A stretch of 55,013 nt of DNA, counting the filler, from Basidiobolus ranarum (Eukaryota): assembly GCA_040143965.1 (NCBI GenBank). It is 2 parts of 2 records of this genome, joined end to end, with 100 filler letters (N's around TTAATTAATTAA, not from the genome) between each part and the next. Parts side by side here need not be neighbours in the genome. Positions count along the whole stretch, not along the records: positions 1 to 27,537 come from JASJQH010006997.1; 1 more part is not named here. One strand, given 5' to 3'. Positions 1-12,549 of the stretch are shown here, one piece after another. The notes beneath the pieces are model-generated. The model searched no databases. It was not told the origin of the DNA and was given only the letters and a program-made list of their open reading frames with translations. Position numbers and translations under genes: made by a program. The first letter of the stretch is position 1, and each line of letters opens with the position of its first letter.

Positions 1-1101
1 GTGGACAAATAAGGGATCTGAATGGACGAAAAAGGTTAGAAACCAGCAACTCAATATACATGATCACATGGCTGAGTCCGAAGGTACACTTTCGATTTGG
101 TGACTGATGCAATAGAATGTTGAAATTTCCTTTGTAGGATTGTGGATTGTTCACTTCGACTTGTGATGTCGCCACTTCGACTAGAGTGAATCTGGTAATT
201 CCTCCAAGTTTGTACCTCAAGGTGATACGGTGTAACTTGACTAACCAAGGTGTGCATACTAACTGCAGCAGATCAAGGATCCACATTGGCATTGGGTCCA
301 AGTAGAGTATAGTTTAGGCTGATATTGCATGTGACTCCTATGGCGATTCTTGGTGTTTGGATATCGTTGAATGACATTTTTCATATCCTGTGGGGATTTC
401 TACCGTATTGAGGTTCGTAGATTCTCCGATAATCATGCGAATATTAGTCTTTGGCTAAATGATTGAAACCGTGTGAGTAAAAGTAATATGATAACGAGGT
501 TTCTCGAGAGGTCTTGTGGGTCAGAATCGTAGATATTAACCTAACTCAAGTGTGAGAAATATCCATGGTTAAGACCATTGGATTAATGAACACGCAATAA
601 AGTTTACCCTAAACTATATGAATATTGAATATTCATTAACTTAGGCTATATCTTCTCGATCAACAAATCAAATATCGTGATAGTTGAATTATAATGCTGC
701 TGATATTTTAACATAGTGTAATATTTAATATATGTGAACAACCAAGAGGAATGCTCCATGTACTTTCGTTGGTGAAATGAGTTGTCCAAAGAGGGCGTCC
801 TATACTCGTTTTTTTATCACACTCATATCCAATGTACACATATGGTGCAATAGGATGGATTTATGTTTGCAGTGGGTGTTTAATTATTATTTCAGATATG
901 AATGTTAGTTGAATGTGGGTTACGGGTCCGTGTACGAGTTTCGCTGATGAATATGTGAATTGGAGGGTACGGGAATTTCATTGACCAATCAACTGAGTGA
1001 ATATTGTTAGGCAGAATGGCCTAGGTAGGGATTGACAGGAACGTAGAACAAATGCTATGGAATTTCAATATGTTCCAGTCACATGTATATACACACAAAA
1101 A

Positions 1102-2637
1102 TTAGATCTCGTCCTTGTTAACATGGCATCTTTCATTTGGACTCAAATGAGGGTTATTGATCTTGGAATGGGTGCGACCATAGAAGATATAGATTAAAAG
1201 ACCAATACCCATCCATGCAAATAACCGAATAATGGTGGAAACGGTTGCAGTACAAATGAGTAAGATGGATAATCCAGCGCCAATGACTGGGATCACAAAT
1301 GGTCCAAGTGGTACTTTAAATTTCCTAGGAAGATCTGGTCTTTTGAATCGGAGAATAATAATCCCGATATTTACCAACGCAAAGGCAAACAACGTTCCAA
1401 CTGATGTCATTTCTCCAAGAACATCTACTGGAAGAATGCCTCCGAGAACAGCACAAGCTGTTCCAGAGATTAGAGTAGTAACCCATGGGGTCTTGAAGCG
1501 AGGGTGAATCTTTGCGGCAACTGCTGGGAACAAACCATCCTTGGCCATGGCATAAAAGATACGAGGTTGTCCCATAAGCAAGACTAATATCACCGAGGTG
1601 AGACCAAGGAGTGCACCGAAATCTACAATTATACCCAACCAACTCATCCCAGTGCGAGCAATCACAACAGAGATAGGTGCAGATACATTTAGCTCTTTGT
1701 ATGGAACAACACCGGTCATAATAAAGCAAACAGCAATATAAAGCACAGTACATATCAGCAATGAGCTACAAATACCAATGGGGAGGTCTCTTTGTGGATT
1801 TTTCGATTCTTGTGCGGCTGTAGAGATGGCATCGAAACCAATATACGAAAAGAAAACTGTAGTTGCGGCCGAGAACATACCGGAGACTCCGTATTCACTG
1901 AAGCTGCCTTCATTGGGAGGAATGAAAGGAGTGTAGTTCTTGGGATCGATATCTTTGATGCAAGCGAAAATAAAGAGGAGAATCACCACAATCTTGACGA
2001 TCACAATCACGGTGTTCAATCTGGCTGACTCGCGAATCCCTAAGCAAAGTAGACAAGTTATGCCTAGAGAGATCGCAATGGCTGGAAGGTTCACATAATT
2101 TCCAGATACATAGAAGGATTGGGTTTTGCTATTGAAGCCAACTGGAGCCTCAGTCCATTTATCACTCATATCAACTTTAAATGCACTTTTAAAGAACATT
2201 TTAAAGTATCCGGACCAACCGACTGAGACAGTAGCAGCACCAACCAAGTATTCCAAGATTAAATCCCATCCGATAATCCAGCCTACCAACTCACCCATGG
2301 TAGCATAAGTGTACGTATATGCGGAGCCAGCAACAGGAATCATGCAAGCCATCTCAGAGTATGACACAGCAGCCGTACCAGCGGCAATACCAGATACAAC
2401 AAAAGACACAACGACGGCAGGTCCCGCGTTTTTGGCAGCAGCAATGCCTGTCAACACGAAAATACCGGTACCGATGATAGCTCCGATGCCGATAGCAGTC
2501 AGGTCGAAGAAATTCAAAGAACGCCTAAGAGGAGATTCCTCAGCATCAGCTTGCAAGCGGTCAATATCTTTGACCGTGAAGAGCTTTCTCCACCAGCTCT
2601 TCTGGTGCACTTCGTAATTAGTAACTTCCGGTTTCAT
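1102..2637 (-). CDS. APC-superfamily amino acid permease (cationic amino acid transporter / bacterial YfnA-like), intronless, ~511 aa, paralog 1
   Basis: Uninterrupted ORF with many hydrophobic segments; TM1 motif GAIIGTGIFVLTG, GSAYTY, FSYIGFDAIST, EMTSVGTL. The ORF track starts at a TTG (2703); the first in-frame ATG (MKPEV...) is at 2637, downstream of a TATA box. Confidence 0.93.
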   Translation of the reverse strand: MKPEVTNYEVHQKSWWRKLFTVKDIDRLQADAEESPLRRSLNFFDLTAIGIGAIIGTGIFVLTGIAAAKNAGPAVVVSFVVSGIAAGTAAVSYSEMACMIPVAGSAYTYTYATMGELVGWIIGWDLILEYLVGAATVSVGWSGYFKMFFKSAFKVDMSDKWTEAPVGFNSKTQSFYVSGNYVNLPAIAISLGITCLLCLGIRESARLNTVIVIVKIVVILLFIFACIKDIDPKNYTPFIPPNEGSFSEYGVSGMFSAATTVFFSYIGFDAISTAAQESKNPQRDLPIGICSSLLICTVLYIAVCFIMTGVVPYKELNVSAPISVVIARTGMSWLGIIVDFGALLGLTSVILVLLMGQPRIFYAMAKDGLFPAVAAKIHPRFKTPWVTTLISGTACAVLGGILPVDVLGEMTSVGTLFAFALVNIGIIILRFKRPDLPRKFKVPLGPFVIPVIGAGLSILLICTATVSTIIRLFAWMGIGLLIYIFYGRTHSKINNPHLSPNERCHVNKDEI

Positions 2638-2719
2638 AAGAGAGTTAACACAAGAGGTAGAATAAGAATAACCGTTAGAAGAACGAATATTTTGACTATT
2701 CAACTAGACCTTGGCACTA

Positions 2720-2727
2720 TATTTATA
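2720..2727 (-). promoter_or_regulatory. Putative TATA box (TATAAATA) of permease paralog 1
   Basis: The minus strand reads ACCTATAAATA about 83 nt upstream of ATG 2637; the same 11-mer precedes paralog 2. Confidence 0.6.
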
Positions 2728-5700
2728 GGTGGAATCCGACTAGTTCAGTGGTGCAACACCAACCATTGAAGAGTTTGGTATCTTAGGATGAAGCAAATAT
2801 CCAATCAAAATAGGTTTCAATAGCCATTGAATTTGTGTAAGTTAGTATAGCATTATTATCTCTTGATACCCAATTGAAGAGGTTTGAGCTGTAGCCAATG
2901 CCAATAGCTTCTCGAACAATTGATCCAACCTTTGTATCTGATCAGAATAAAATCTCATCTCAATCCTCAAAAGAGGATTCAGTTTCGCTAAGCAGAGGTG
3001 ACTAGGTCGTATACATCTTGACATGAATTCACCGCCACCTTAAGGAATCACACAGATTACCAGATACTCACATAGCAGGGCCAACCCCACAGTTGATTTG
3101 AAGGGGGAGAGCCTTTTTTAGAACTTGCATATGTCACGATCTGACCACTGACTCGGATAGAAAAGGTCTCAGTGAGGGTTTCCTAAAAACTCCTATCACG
3201 TAGGGTGTAGACCACTCTGCCTATCAGAGCCCAGCATGGATTTAGAATGTGGGTAGCATCTGGAGGTTGGGTCAAAGTTCCGGTCTAGCATTTATGCGTA
3301 TCAGCCTTGAGTGGACGGTGGCATAATTGCTCAAACTGGTTGCAACATGTTTTGTGTCGAAGCTGTACTGATCGAGCTTCTCATAGCAGAGTTTCGGTGG
3401 GATGAAGTGGGTGTGGATTTCTTTCTCATGCCATACTCATGGGAACGTGACTTTAGCTAGTCACATCGAAGGTGGGAGTCCGGAAGAGATTTGGAATTCA
3501 ATCAGCTCAAAAAACACTTGGTCATGGGAGCTTACATCCGCATAAATCCTCCATATGGTAATTTGTCTAAATTATGGTCACATTATTGGCCAAACCACCA
3601 TATATGCGACAATTGGGCTGCCCATAAGCTGCGTCAGTACACTGAGGACGTTTAATAATGGCCTACCAATAGGGATAGACCGAACTCTATCTCGGCTAAG
3701 AATATAGTCAACTGGTGACTGATAGGCAATTCTCTCTAACACTCTGATCCAGAGGCTTCGGAACACATTGATACACACGAATTAGGATGCAACAATAAAT
3801 TCCGCTCAGCATTAGAAAACATTGAATCAGTAACACAGTGGATTAAAGGAATGGCTGAGACCCACTAATGGAGGAGGGAGCTGAGTGATTCGCTTGCTCA
3901 AGTGTTCATCCCACACAAGTTAGCAGTGCATGAATAGATGCCGCTTTAATTTTTCGGTATATTCGATCAAGATTGGCCTATTCGTCACTTTGTGTCTAAC
4001 TTCAAGAGTACACCGGGACTTACACACGGACTTGAGTGTATACCATCCTTTGGCACGTTGTGCAGTATTCATGCCAGATTTGTGACTATAGCTAACATGA
4101 CACTCCGACCCAAGCATGAGTATGCAAACTCGCTGCCAAATGAAGATGCGTATATACAACTTGGCAAACGATGTTGGGAAGAATCTTCTCACTGGATACA
4201 TCCAATCCCTCAAGGCCCAGTCCTGGCCCATCTAGCAAACATAAAATCGATAGACCGAGTACTGGAGTGTGTTTCAAGGCAATAGATGCATGCATGCAAT
4301 TGGATCACATTCAAGATCCCGACCATATTGGGAAAGCATCATGGGAGCGTATAAATGGTCAATTTACCGCTTTTGTGTGAGGCCTTATGAAACACAATTA
4401 ATGAGTCAGAGCAAGAATCATTAAAATCCGAACAAAGGTTAACCAAACTCTAGATGCGTATTAGGTCGATAGTGATAGATCGTAAACGGCTGAACTGTTC
4501 AACTGGGTGAAATCAAATACATATAGCGAGTAAACAAAATGGCGTAATCCGATGCAATATCGACCATAAAACCCGGGCTTCAACGCCATATGTCAAAGGG
4601 TTCCAATCACTTTGGAATTTCGTGTCGCATTAATCAACATACACCAATGAGGTATCTGAAGTTCCAATGTTCATGAGAAAAACGATTATTAACAGGTAGG
4701 ACCCCAAACATTACCTAGTAAATTAGGTTTCTTATGTTTGCACCATCAGATGTTATCCAGCTGTAAATTGAGGGACCTCAAGATTCGCAAATATGTTTTA
4801 CGTGATATCAGCCATGTGTTAGAGCGTTATTCGATTAGTTCTCACGACGGAAGTAGAGAACCGTTCTGTTTTAGATCTGTTCACATCCGTGGCATTTCGA
4901 CCGGATTCATTAAACATTCGATCAAGGCCCCAAAGAGTTCCAGGGTATGCAATACAAGCAATGTAACGGTAGTTAGAAGTGGTTACATTAAGTGTTAAGT
5001 GCATGTGCACAATCGATATCAAGGGTGGAATATAGATTGTTAAGTATTTGAGATCATGGCCAATTAGCAAAGACCGCTATTCATTAAGTAGACGGTCGCT
5101 GAGACCAAAGAGTGAAACAAAATTAAATCATAAGAAAACCCGTTATTCTGTTGAGTAAGGAGAGCAATAATCAAACAAGAGTGACATGTTGATCAATTTT
5201 GAAGCGAAGAAAATATTTAGACAGACATAAAAATTTTATTTATTAGCTTCACTTAATCTGCATGACGGGAGCGTTACCGTTAACAGTCAACGTGATACGC
5301 TGGAGTATCGCAATGAAGTGTGTAAGCATCAGTCATTCCTCTAAATAACTTCTTCTTATCCTAAGAACGAGAATAGGAGGTGTAGCCTATAAGTTCCTTG
5401 CCTCTGTTGATGTGGGTAGTTGATATCATGCCACAGGCTTAGAAAAATAGACTTCGCTTTCTTTGAAGTTACCTGTGGAATGATTACTTTACCTGGCCAG
5501 AGGTTTCACGTAGATAATCGTTGCTTAATGCTTGTGTTTTTATTGGATGGTTCTGTTGTATTTTAGTTAATGGTTAGTTCAAAATTCCACCTTCAATATC
5601 CGATAGGAGCTTAGATAATCAGGATCCGCTACATGAGATGAATAACTGGAATATATCCATTATCGTACCACGTGACAAGATTTGGTTTGCCAGTTTCCTG

Positions 5701-6804
5701 TATGGTACTGGAATAAAAGTTCAAATAGGGCAGTTCTGGTGATATCTGTATTCCACATGCTACATTTACTAAATTCGCACTTGGATTATCGCTCTAAATC
5801 AAAGTTTCTTAAATCACAAACAGTATAAACAAACTCTAACTGGTGCATATAGGCTCCAAGTGCTTACTTCGAGTGTGTTGTATGAATTGTTCATTGAATC
5901 AATGCAGAGTTGGACGTGGTCCTCTTCAGCTAATGTCAGTTATTAATGGAGATATTGGTATTGTAGTATTAGAGTGAAACACCTAAATATTGATTTACCC
6001 AATATACTAAAAGTTAAAAATTTAACACTTATATGAATAATATTTAAAGATTTTAAGGCAAAACCAACTATTCCAACTCATTAGAAACCCTTTATAGTTT
6101 TCTTCCTTAACATTACCCATGTAACATATCTCATTTTCTTCTTTGTGTACTTTCAAATCCTGAAAGGAAGAGTAGTTGTGAATTGAATAATGTAGTATGT
6201 TCAAATTGTACATGTCTTTTCTTTGTCATCAAAACTTTCACATTTTCTCAAATAATAAATATAACATATCCTCTGAGTTAATAACAAATATATATTTGGA
6301 TTTTACTTGACAACTCTAACAAACTTAAGAAGACTGCTACAGTAGACATATTGAACTTAGAGTAGCACAATAATAACCATCACCAACTTGATCTGAATAT
6401 ACTTTTAAACCAGCCAATAGTTGTACCTTACTATATAATCTAATTGTGACACGTTTGAAATTTAAAACTTGTATCTTTTTTTTCATACTTATGAACTCGA
6501 CTATCTCAACTGCTATACTGGTAAGGTTGTGCTGTATCAATATTACTATTGAACGAACACCTACTCGTATTGCTGTGATTTATCAACTCTATCTGCTCTA
6601 CAATCTTTTGTCTAAGCACTTGCCAATTTTCTGATTACATCCAAATTACTTAGTATTATATTATAAAGATTGCCTATTCATAATACTAGTGGATTAGCCA
6701 GGTATAGGCAATGCAGGGCATAAAGTCTCAGATTCATTTCTATGCCAAAGCAGCTTGGCTTTTTTTGAATTGTTGAGGCATTTATGGAGTTTGTTGTTAG
6801 CAGA

Positions 6805-7711
6805 AATGCAGACTTAAAATATTCAAGCATTTTGGGAGTTTGTTGGAAGTGATTTGGACAACTAAAAGAATTGATGGTCTTCACTTGTTGATACATTGAG
6901 TAGAAAGTGGACAAATATAGCTTTATCAAAAGTTAAAAATACAGACATGAATAATTTGTTCAGAGAGGTACCTGGAACATATTTGCAAATTTTGGGCCTT
7001 ATAGGGCAAGTTTGAGACAGCCTTGTATCTAGATCTTCCAAGTTGCTAAAAATATTCCTAGTAGATTCCAATTATGAATAGTCATAGATATCTTAGCTTA
7101 AATATAGAATAAATTAACACAAATCTATATGTGACTATATAGATGCTTAGGCAATGTTAATTTCAGCATGATTATCCAGTGAAAAGTGTATATTCTCTCT
7201 CTTAGGTCTAGTTATAAATTCTTCTCAGATGTATTGAAAGCAGGTATTATGAAATATTGCAATTGAACCTGAAACCTTTTCAACTCCCTCAAGATATCTG
7301 GCGCACTGAGCTACTAATGTTTACAAGCCAGGGTTCAAGTATGTTATATGTTGAGCTTAACATAGCTTAAACACCTATATAGTCATATATAGCTTAGTAG
7401 TTAGTTATCTTGAATTCCACTAAGATATTACCCATTATTCACAGTTGGAATTCACTTAGAATATTGACACCAACTTGGAAGTTCTCAGATATATAGATTT
7501 TTCAAACTTGTGCTAGAAGCCCCAAACTTTGCACACATGTTCCTGGGAACTTTCTTAACACATTCTACGTGTTAGCTTGTTTACATCTTGACAAAAGAAT
7601 TAATATCGACTTCCTACTCAATAAATCAACAAGTAAAACCACCAATTCTTCTAGTTGTCGAAGCTACTTCCAACAAACTCCCAAAATACTTGAACATTCT
7701 AAGTCTACATT
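6805..7711. repeat. Long imperfect inverted repeat (arms ~6805-7168 and ~7349-7711, ~180 bp spacer); foldback/MITE-like element
   Basis: Left arm ...ttttgggagtttgttggaagt...cttccaagttg...gactatatagatgcttagg aligns colinearly with the reverse complement of the right arm (...ttttgggagtttgttggaagt...cttccaagttg...gactatataggtgtttaag). The same unit recurs at 27638-28724. Confidence 0.85.
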
Positions 7712-8689
7712 GTGTATGAGCTATAAATTCACCATTATGGCTTTATCCGTGGTCATCTTGTGTCCCACATATATCTTGCTGCCTAGCACCAAGTAAATCT
7801 TTCACAATCAATCAATGTTGGATAAGAGTTTTTAAAGATAGCGGAAGTTTGATACGTTATAAGGTCACATAACGACAACTATTTTAACTTCATATCATAA
7901 AGAAAGTGCTGATTTTTTAAGCCATCTATATATTAAAGGTCATTTTTGAAACAATATTTTCCGTCAATATTTTTATAGTTTACTGAATGTTAGTAAAAAC
8001 AATCACAGCATCAGAAATAAAACATACATGGACCATATTCTGTACTTCTTATATTCGCAAATATATACACCAAAAAGAGCTCTATTTAGTGGATTATCTC
8101 CAAAATCTTGACAGATGGCATACAAGTCGCTTGAATGAAATGAGGTGGAACCAAAATATTTGAAATTTGGGGGCACAATTTAGTGGTACTAAAAGCTCAT
8201 ATTAACACCGCTGGGATCATTGCAACTAAAAAACAGAGGCTGGCATGTACACGAAAACTACATTTCATGTTTAGCCCAATGGCTAGAGAATCAATGGTGT
8301 AGAATTGGAGATTTGAAATTTAGTATCATATACAAGTGGTTGTATCCTGTCATACCCTACTCTAGTACATTGAATACAGTCCGCCAGGCTGTCAGAGATA
8401 ATATATGGAATAGAGCTGCTTTTGATGCATATAATTGTTGCTAAATAGGAAACAAACTATCTCTTGCGCTCTGCTTAAGTAGTGTGACAAATAGCGCGAT
8501 AAAGCATGGAGTAAATGACGAGATATTGATATTTGAAAAATGCATGCAAAAAAATGAATGAACTTTGAGCGATAGTGTATATCTTCATACTACACTTGAA
8601 GCGTCAGAGTTGATGCTAGTAGTAACAACCGGTCTGACTCAACTTCCATCGAAGCTTTATCCAAAACCACTTGGTTTGTTTCTTGTAGT

Positions 8690-8948
8690 ACTAGAGTATT
8701 TTAATCTAAAATGAGAGGAATTAAAAAAATCAATGGGACAATAGCAAAAGATTGGAGATTGGTGAACAAAAAAAATTAAACTGCTAATTCTTTTTGTAGA
8801 CACATGCCAAAAGAAAGTGTTCAAAGGCTATCTCTGTTTCAAATGTTTAGTGTTGCGATAACTACAAAGGGTTGTTTGCTTTCTTCATTGGTCAACTGCT
8901 GCTGACGAGATACCCTTTCTTATATACCCGGTGGAGAGAGGTTCCTTC
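8690..8948. repeat. Dispersed direct repeat, copy 1 (~260 bp; partner at 12266-12542)
   Basis: Shares blocks agaggaattaaaaaaat, aattctttttgt, ctctgtttcaaatgtttagtgt(t/c)gcgataact and agataccctttctt in the same order and orientation with 12266-12542. Confidence 0.85.
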
Positions 8949-9933
8949 ATAGCTTCGATATTACGTATTGCTAATCGTGTAATTTACCCTCATTTAAATA
9001 TATACTTTTTATATCGAACGCTGATTAAGTGAACATTCCTACCATATATAAACCAACTCTAAATATTAAATTAACAAAGCCAACAGTGGGACATACATTA
9101 AAGTTCATATCAAAGTGATACATTTCCAAGTTTAATATATTTGGTATCAGTGCTGATGGGAATTACCGTATTATTTTGTGTCGCGATTAACCTAAATCCG
9201 GTAAGCTTGTCACCAACATCCATCACATGCATAACAAATACCTGGATTTCTAAATTAGCCACCAATATGAAGAATTCCGTCACAACACTTGTGCGAACTC
9301 ATTCACCAGTGATAAATAAGGAAACGTTAGCTGCCGTACGAACTAATCAAATGAATATATAATACTCGTTATCAACATTCATTGTAGTGATGGAAAACTG
9401 CGAGATGTTGGTGTAACCATCCACCTTGAATTAACTTTGGTAATAACCAATAATTGGTGTTTTATTCGAAGACTGTATTATTGAGTTAAGCTTTCAAATG
9501 AAGAAACTCTAGCTCTAGACCAATAGCCTGGTTGTAATACTTTCAACAGTGAAGTCATGTGCTGATTTGTTCGTTCAGTTCCAACAATACCTATCTCTCT
9601 GATTCTACAGCATATCACTGATAGCCGTGAGTGACATATTTGTCACTTATGATGGTAGTGATAACTGCAGGAGACTATATACTTTTCATAAGCTCAAAGT
9701 AGCGATTCACATGTCGAATGAGAAATAATCGATCAATATTTATTTATCCGGGCATCAAGGATTACATACATCAAGTGGATCATTATTAACAGCTTTTACA
9801 GAAATAAAGCAATGGTTAATTAAATAGATGGCAATTAATAAAATTCACAAATTGGGAAATCATCCCCCTAAGGGATTAACGAATAACACCATAGTAAGGT
9901 TAAGATAGGCTTGCAAAATTGGATTTAGTAATG

Positions 9934-11484
9934 TTAAAAGTCGTGCTCGGTGAATTTCTCATTTTGGTAACGAGCAAGATGTGGGTTATTCAACTTGGAA
10001 TGAGTACGTCCATAGAATACATATATCACAAGACCAATGGCCATCCAGATGAAGAGACGTGCAATGGTGGCAGCAGGAGCAGTTGCGATTAACAATAATG
10101 ATAAAGCTGCACCAAAAAGTGGGATCACGTATGGGCCTAAAGGAACCTTGAACTTGCGCTCGAGGTCAGGACGCTTGATGCGAAGAATGATCACGCCGAT
10201 GTTGACTAGGAAGAAGGCAAACAATGTACCCACGGAGGTCATCTCGCCAAGCACATCAACGGGCAGAATACCTCCAAGGATAGCACAGGAGATACCAGAG
10301 ATCATTGTGGTGGCCCATGGGGTCTTGAAGCGAGGGTGGATCCGAGCAGCAAAAGCAGGGAACAGGCCGTCATTGGCCATAGCGTAGAAGATACGTGGCT
10401 GGCCGAGTAACATGACCAACATGACAGAGGCAAGTCCAAACAGAATACCCAAACTTACGATAACATTCACCCACCCCATTCCAGTCTTGGCGATCACAAT
10501 TGACATGGGGGCAGCGTTGGCTTCACCACCTGGGGCCAGATCTCTGTAAGGAACAACACCGGTCATGATAAGACACACGGCGATATAAAGAATAGTACAG
10601 ATGATCAAAGAGCCACAGATTCCGATGGGAAGGTCACGTTGAGGATTTTTTGCTTCTTGGGCAGCGGTGGAGATTGCGTCGAATCCGATGTACGCGAAGA
10701 AGACGGTGGTGGCGGCGGAGAACATTCCAGTAACTCCGAATTTCTCAAAGGTACCTTCGTTGGGAGGCATGAATGGTGTATAGTTCTTGGGCTCGATACT
10801 CCCGATACATGCGAAGATGATGAGGAGTACGACGACTACCTTGATGAGTACCATCACTGTGTTCACCCGTGCGGACTCCCGAACCCCGAAGCTGAGTAGT
10901 AGTGTGATAACCAAGGAGATGGCGATCGCTGGAAGATTAACATAGTCGCCAGTCAGTTGAAATTCATCATTGGCAAATTTGAATGGAGCAGATGTCCATT
11001 TCTTGTCAATATACAGGCCAAAGGAAGTATTCAAGAACTTTGTGAAATACCCAGACCATCCAACTGACACAGTGGCTGCCCCCACCAGGTACTCCAGAAT
11101 CAGGTCCCATCCAATGATCCAGCCAGCTAACTCGCCCATAGTAGCATAAGCATAGGTGTAGGCCGAACCTGCAACGGGGATCATACAGGCCATCTCGGAA
11201 TAGGATAAGGCGGCTGTAGCAGCAGCAATTCCAGACACAATGAATGACAGAACAATAGCGGGTCCAGCTTTTAGGGCAGCAGCGTTCCCGGTCAGCACGA
11301 AGATACCAGTGCCAATGATTGCACCGATACCAATGGCGGTGATATCAACGTAGGTTAAAGACCGTTTCATCTCTGATTTGCTAATATCTACCTGGAGACT
11401 GTCCATGCTTTTCACCGTGAAAAGCTTCCTCCACCAACTTGAAGAGCCTCCGCTAGCCTCAATTTCAGTATTTCCAGCACCCAT
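9934..11484 (-). CDS. APC-superfamily amino acid permease, intronless, 516 aa, paralog 2
   Basis: Same motifs as paralog 1 (SWWRKLFTVK, GAIIGTGIFVLTG, GWDLILEY, GFDAISTAAQE, FYGRTHSK); colinear over the full length. Confidence 0.95.
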   Translation of the reverse strand: MGAGNTEIEASGGSSSWWRKLFTVKSMDSLQVDISKSEMKRSLTYVDITAIGIGAIIGTGIFVLTGNAAALKAGPAIVLSFIVSGIAAATAALSYSEMACMIPVAGSAYTYAYATMGELAGWIIGWDLILEYLVGAATVSVGWSGYFTKFLNTSFGLYIDKKWTSAPFKFANDEFQLTGDYVNLPAIAISLVITLLLSFGVRESARVNTVMVLIKVVVVLLIIFACIGSIEPKNYTPFMPPNEGTFEKFGVTGMFSAATTVFFAYIGFDAISTAAQEAKNPQRDLPIGICGSLIICTILYIAVCLIMTGVVPYRDLAPGGEANAAPMSIVIAKTGMGWVNVIVSLGILFGLASVMLVMLLGQPRIFYAMANDGLFPAFAARIHPRFKTPWATTMISGISCAILGGILPVDVLGEMTSVGTLFAFFLVNIGVIILRIKRPDLERKFKVPLGPYVIPLFGAALSLLLIATAPAATIARLFIWMAIGLVIYVFYGRTHSKLNNPHLARYQNEKFTEHDF

Positions 11485-11547
11485 AAAGATTGTGACTTGT
11501 CAAAGGGATATTATTCTTTCTGATAAGCATATGAGCCTCGCCATCTT

Positions 11548-11555
11548 TATTTATA
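11548..11555 (-). promoter_or_regulatory. Putative TATA box (TATAAATA) of permease paralog 2
   Basis: ACCTATAAATA on the minus strand about 64 nt upstream of ATG 11484; identical to the element upstream of paralog 1. Confidence 0.6.
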
Positions 11556-12265
11556 GGTTTCTGATGAAAATACTGCTTTTCGGTGCTTGTGAATATTCTC
11601 AACTATCAAATCGTATTACCTATCGTCATATCTGTACTGAAACTGTATACAGGAATTGCTCTCATGCGTAGCAATTTGGTCCCAAAATCACATCAATATC
11701 ATACCTGATTGTTAGATCTCTCCAGAGTTTTGGAATTCCTCACTCCACAAAGTGGCACATTACTAAAATATCGGTAATTAGGCACCAGCGATTACTTACA
11801 AGTGATAAAGTATTGAGTAGAATTTCAATATAGTAACCTCTTGTGGTACAACTTCCAATTGGCTCTAAGATGTTCACGACTAGCTCTATATGTCTAGTTT
11901 ACCTGCTGTATCTTACCTTCATTTGATGTAGAGAACAGTCAGATGCTTGGTGAAACGCACCCAGTAAGGTTAATTATTACAACCTGCCCTTTATGGACAT
12001 TTAAGGTTTAAAATACCACAAAACAGCTTAGGTCATGAAACCCGCAAGTAGACACCTCGAAATTACTCGCAGAAGTTAGTGTTGAGACATTGGTCTATAA
12101 TGTGCTGTTACTACAGTGCTATTTTAGGCTCCTGAATAAACTCAAACTATTCCCATCATGCATATTGTTTGGACGAAGATTTAGCCAAATATACAGAGTA
12201 TCTGCTTAATTCCATTGAGGAGTACTAGCGAGCACTAGGATACAACTCTCTGGAATACTGTCTGT

Positions 12266-12542
12266 ACCGAGTTTTAATTTAAAATAAGAGGAATTAAAAA
12301 AATTAATTAGACATTTTATAAAATTAATGGGCGATCGCAAGAAATTGGAGACGAGTGGAAAAAAGTTATACAATGGCAATTCTTTTTGTGGACATACCAA
12401 AAGAAAAAGCATTCCAAGACTTACTCTGTTTCAAATGTTTAGTGTCGCGATAACTTCACAGGAGTTTTTGCTTTTTTGTTGTTCAACTGTTGCTAGCTGA
12501 CAAGATACCCTTTCTTTTGTACTCAGTGAATAAAGGTTCTTT
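12266..12542. repeat. Dispersed direct repeat, copy 2 (partner at 8690-8948); abuts the KDZ-like relic
   Basis: Colinear similarity to 8690-8948, with a short extra AT-rich segment in this copy. Confidence 0.85.
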
Positions 12543-12549
12543 TAATCTG

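Noticed and set aside
1232-2617. Antisense and alternate-frame ORFs overlapping the permease (likewise at 10037-10899, 34799-35701, 46978-47673 and 48616-49848)
   Set aside because: Shadow ORFs of real genes, with no independent coding signal.
2638-2703. N-terminal extension of permease 1 in the ORF track
   Set aside because: It starts at TTG only about 17 nt from the TATA box; the first ATG at 2637 matches the length of paralog 2.
12206-12412. ORF with faint resemblance to a tyrosine-recombinase N-terminal domain
   Set aside because: Similarity is too weak, no catalytic motifs were found, and the segment is better explained as part of the repeat next to the KDZ-like relic.
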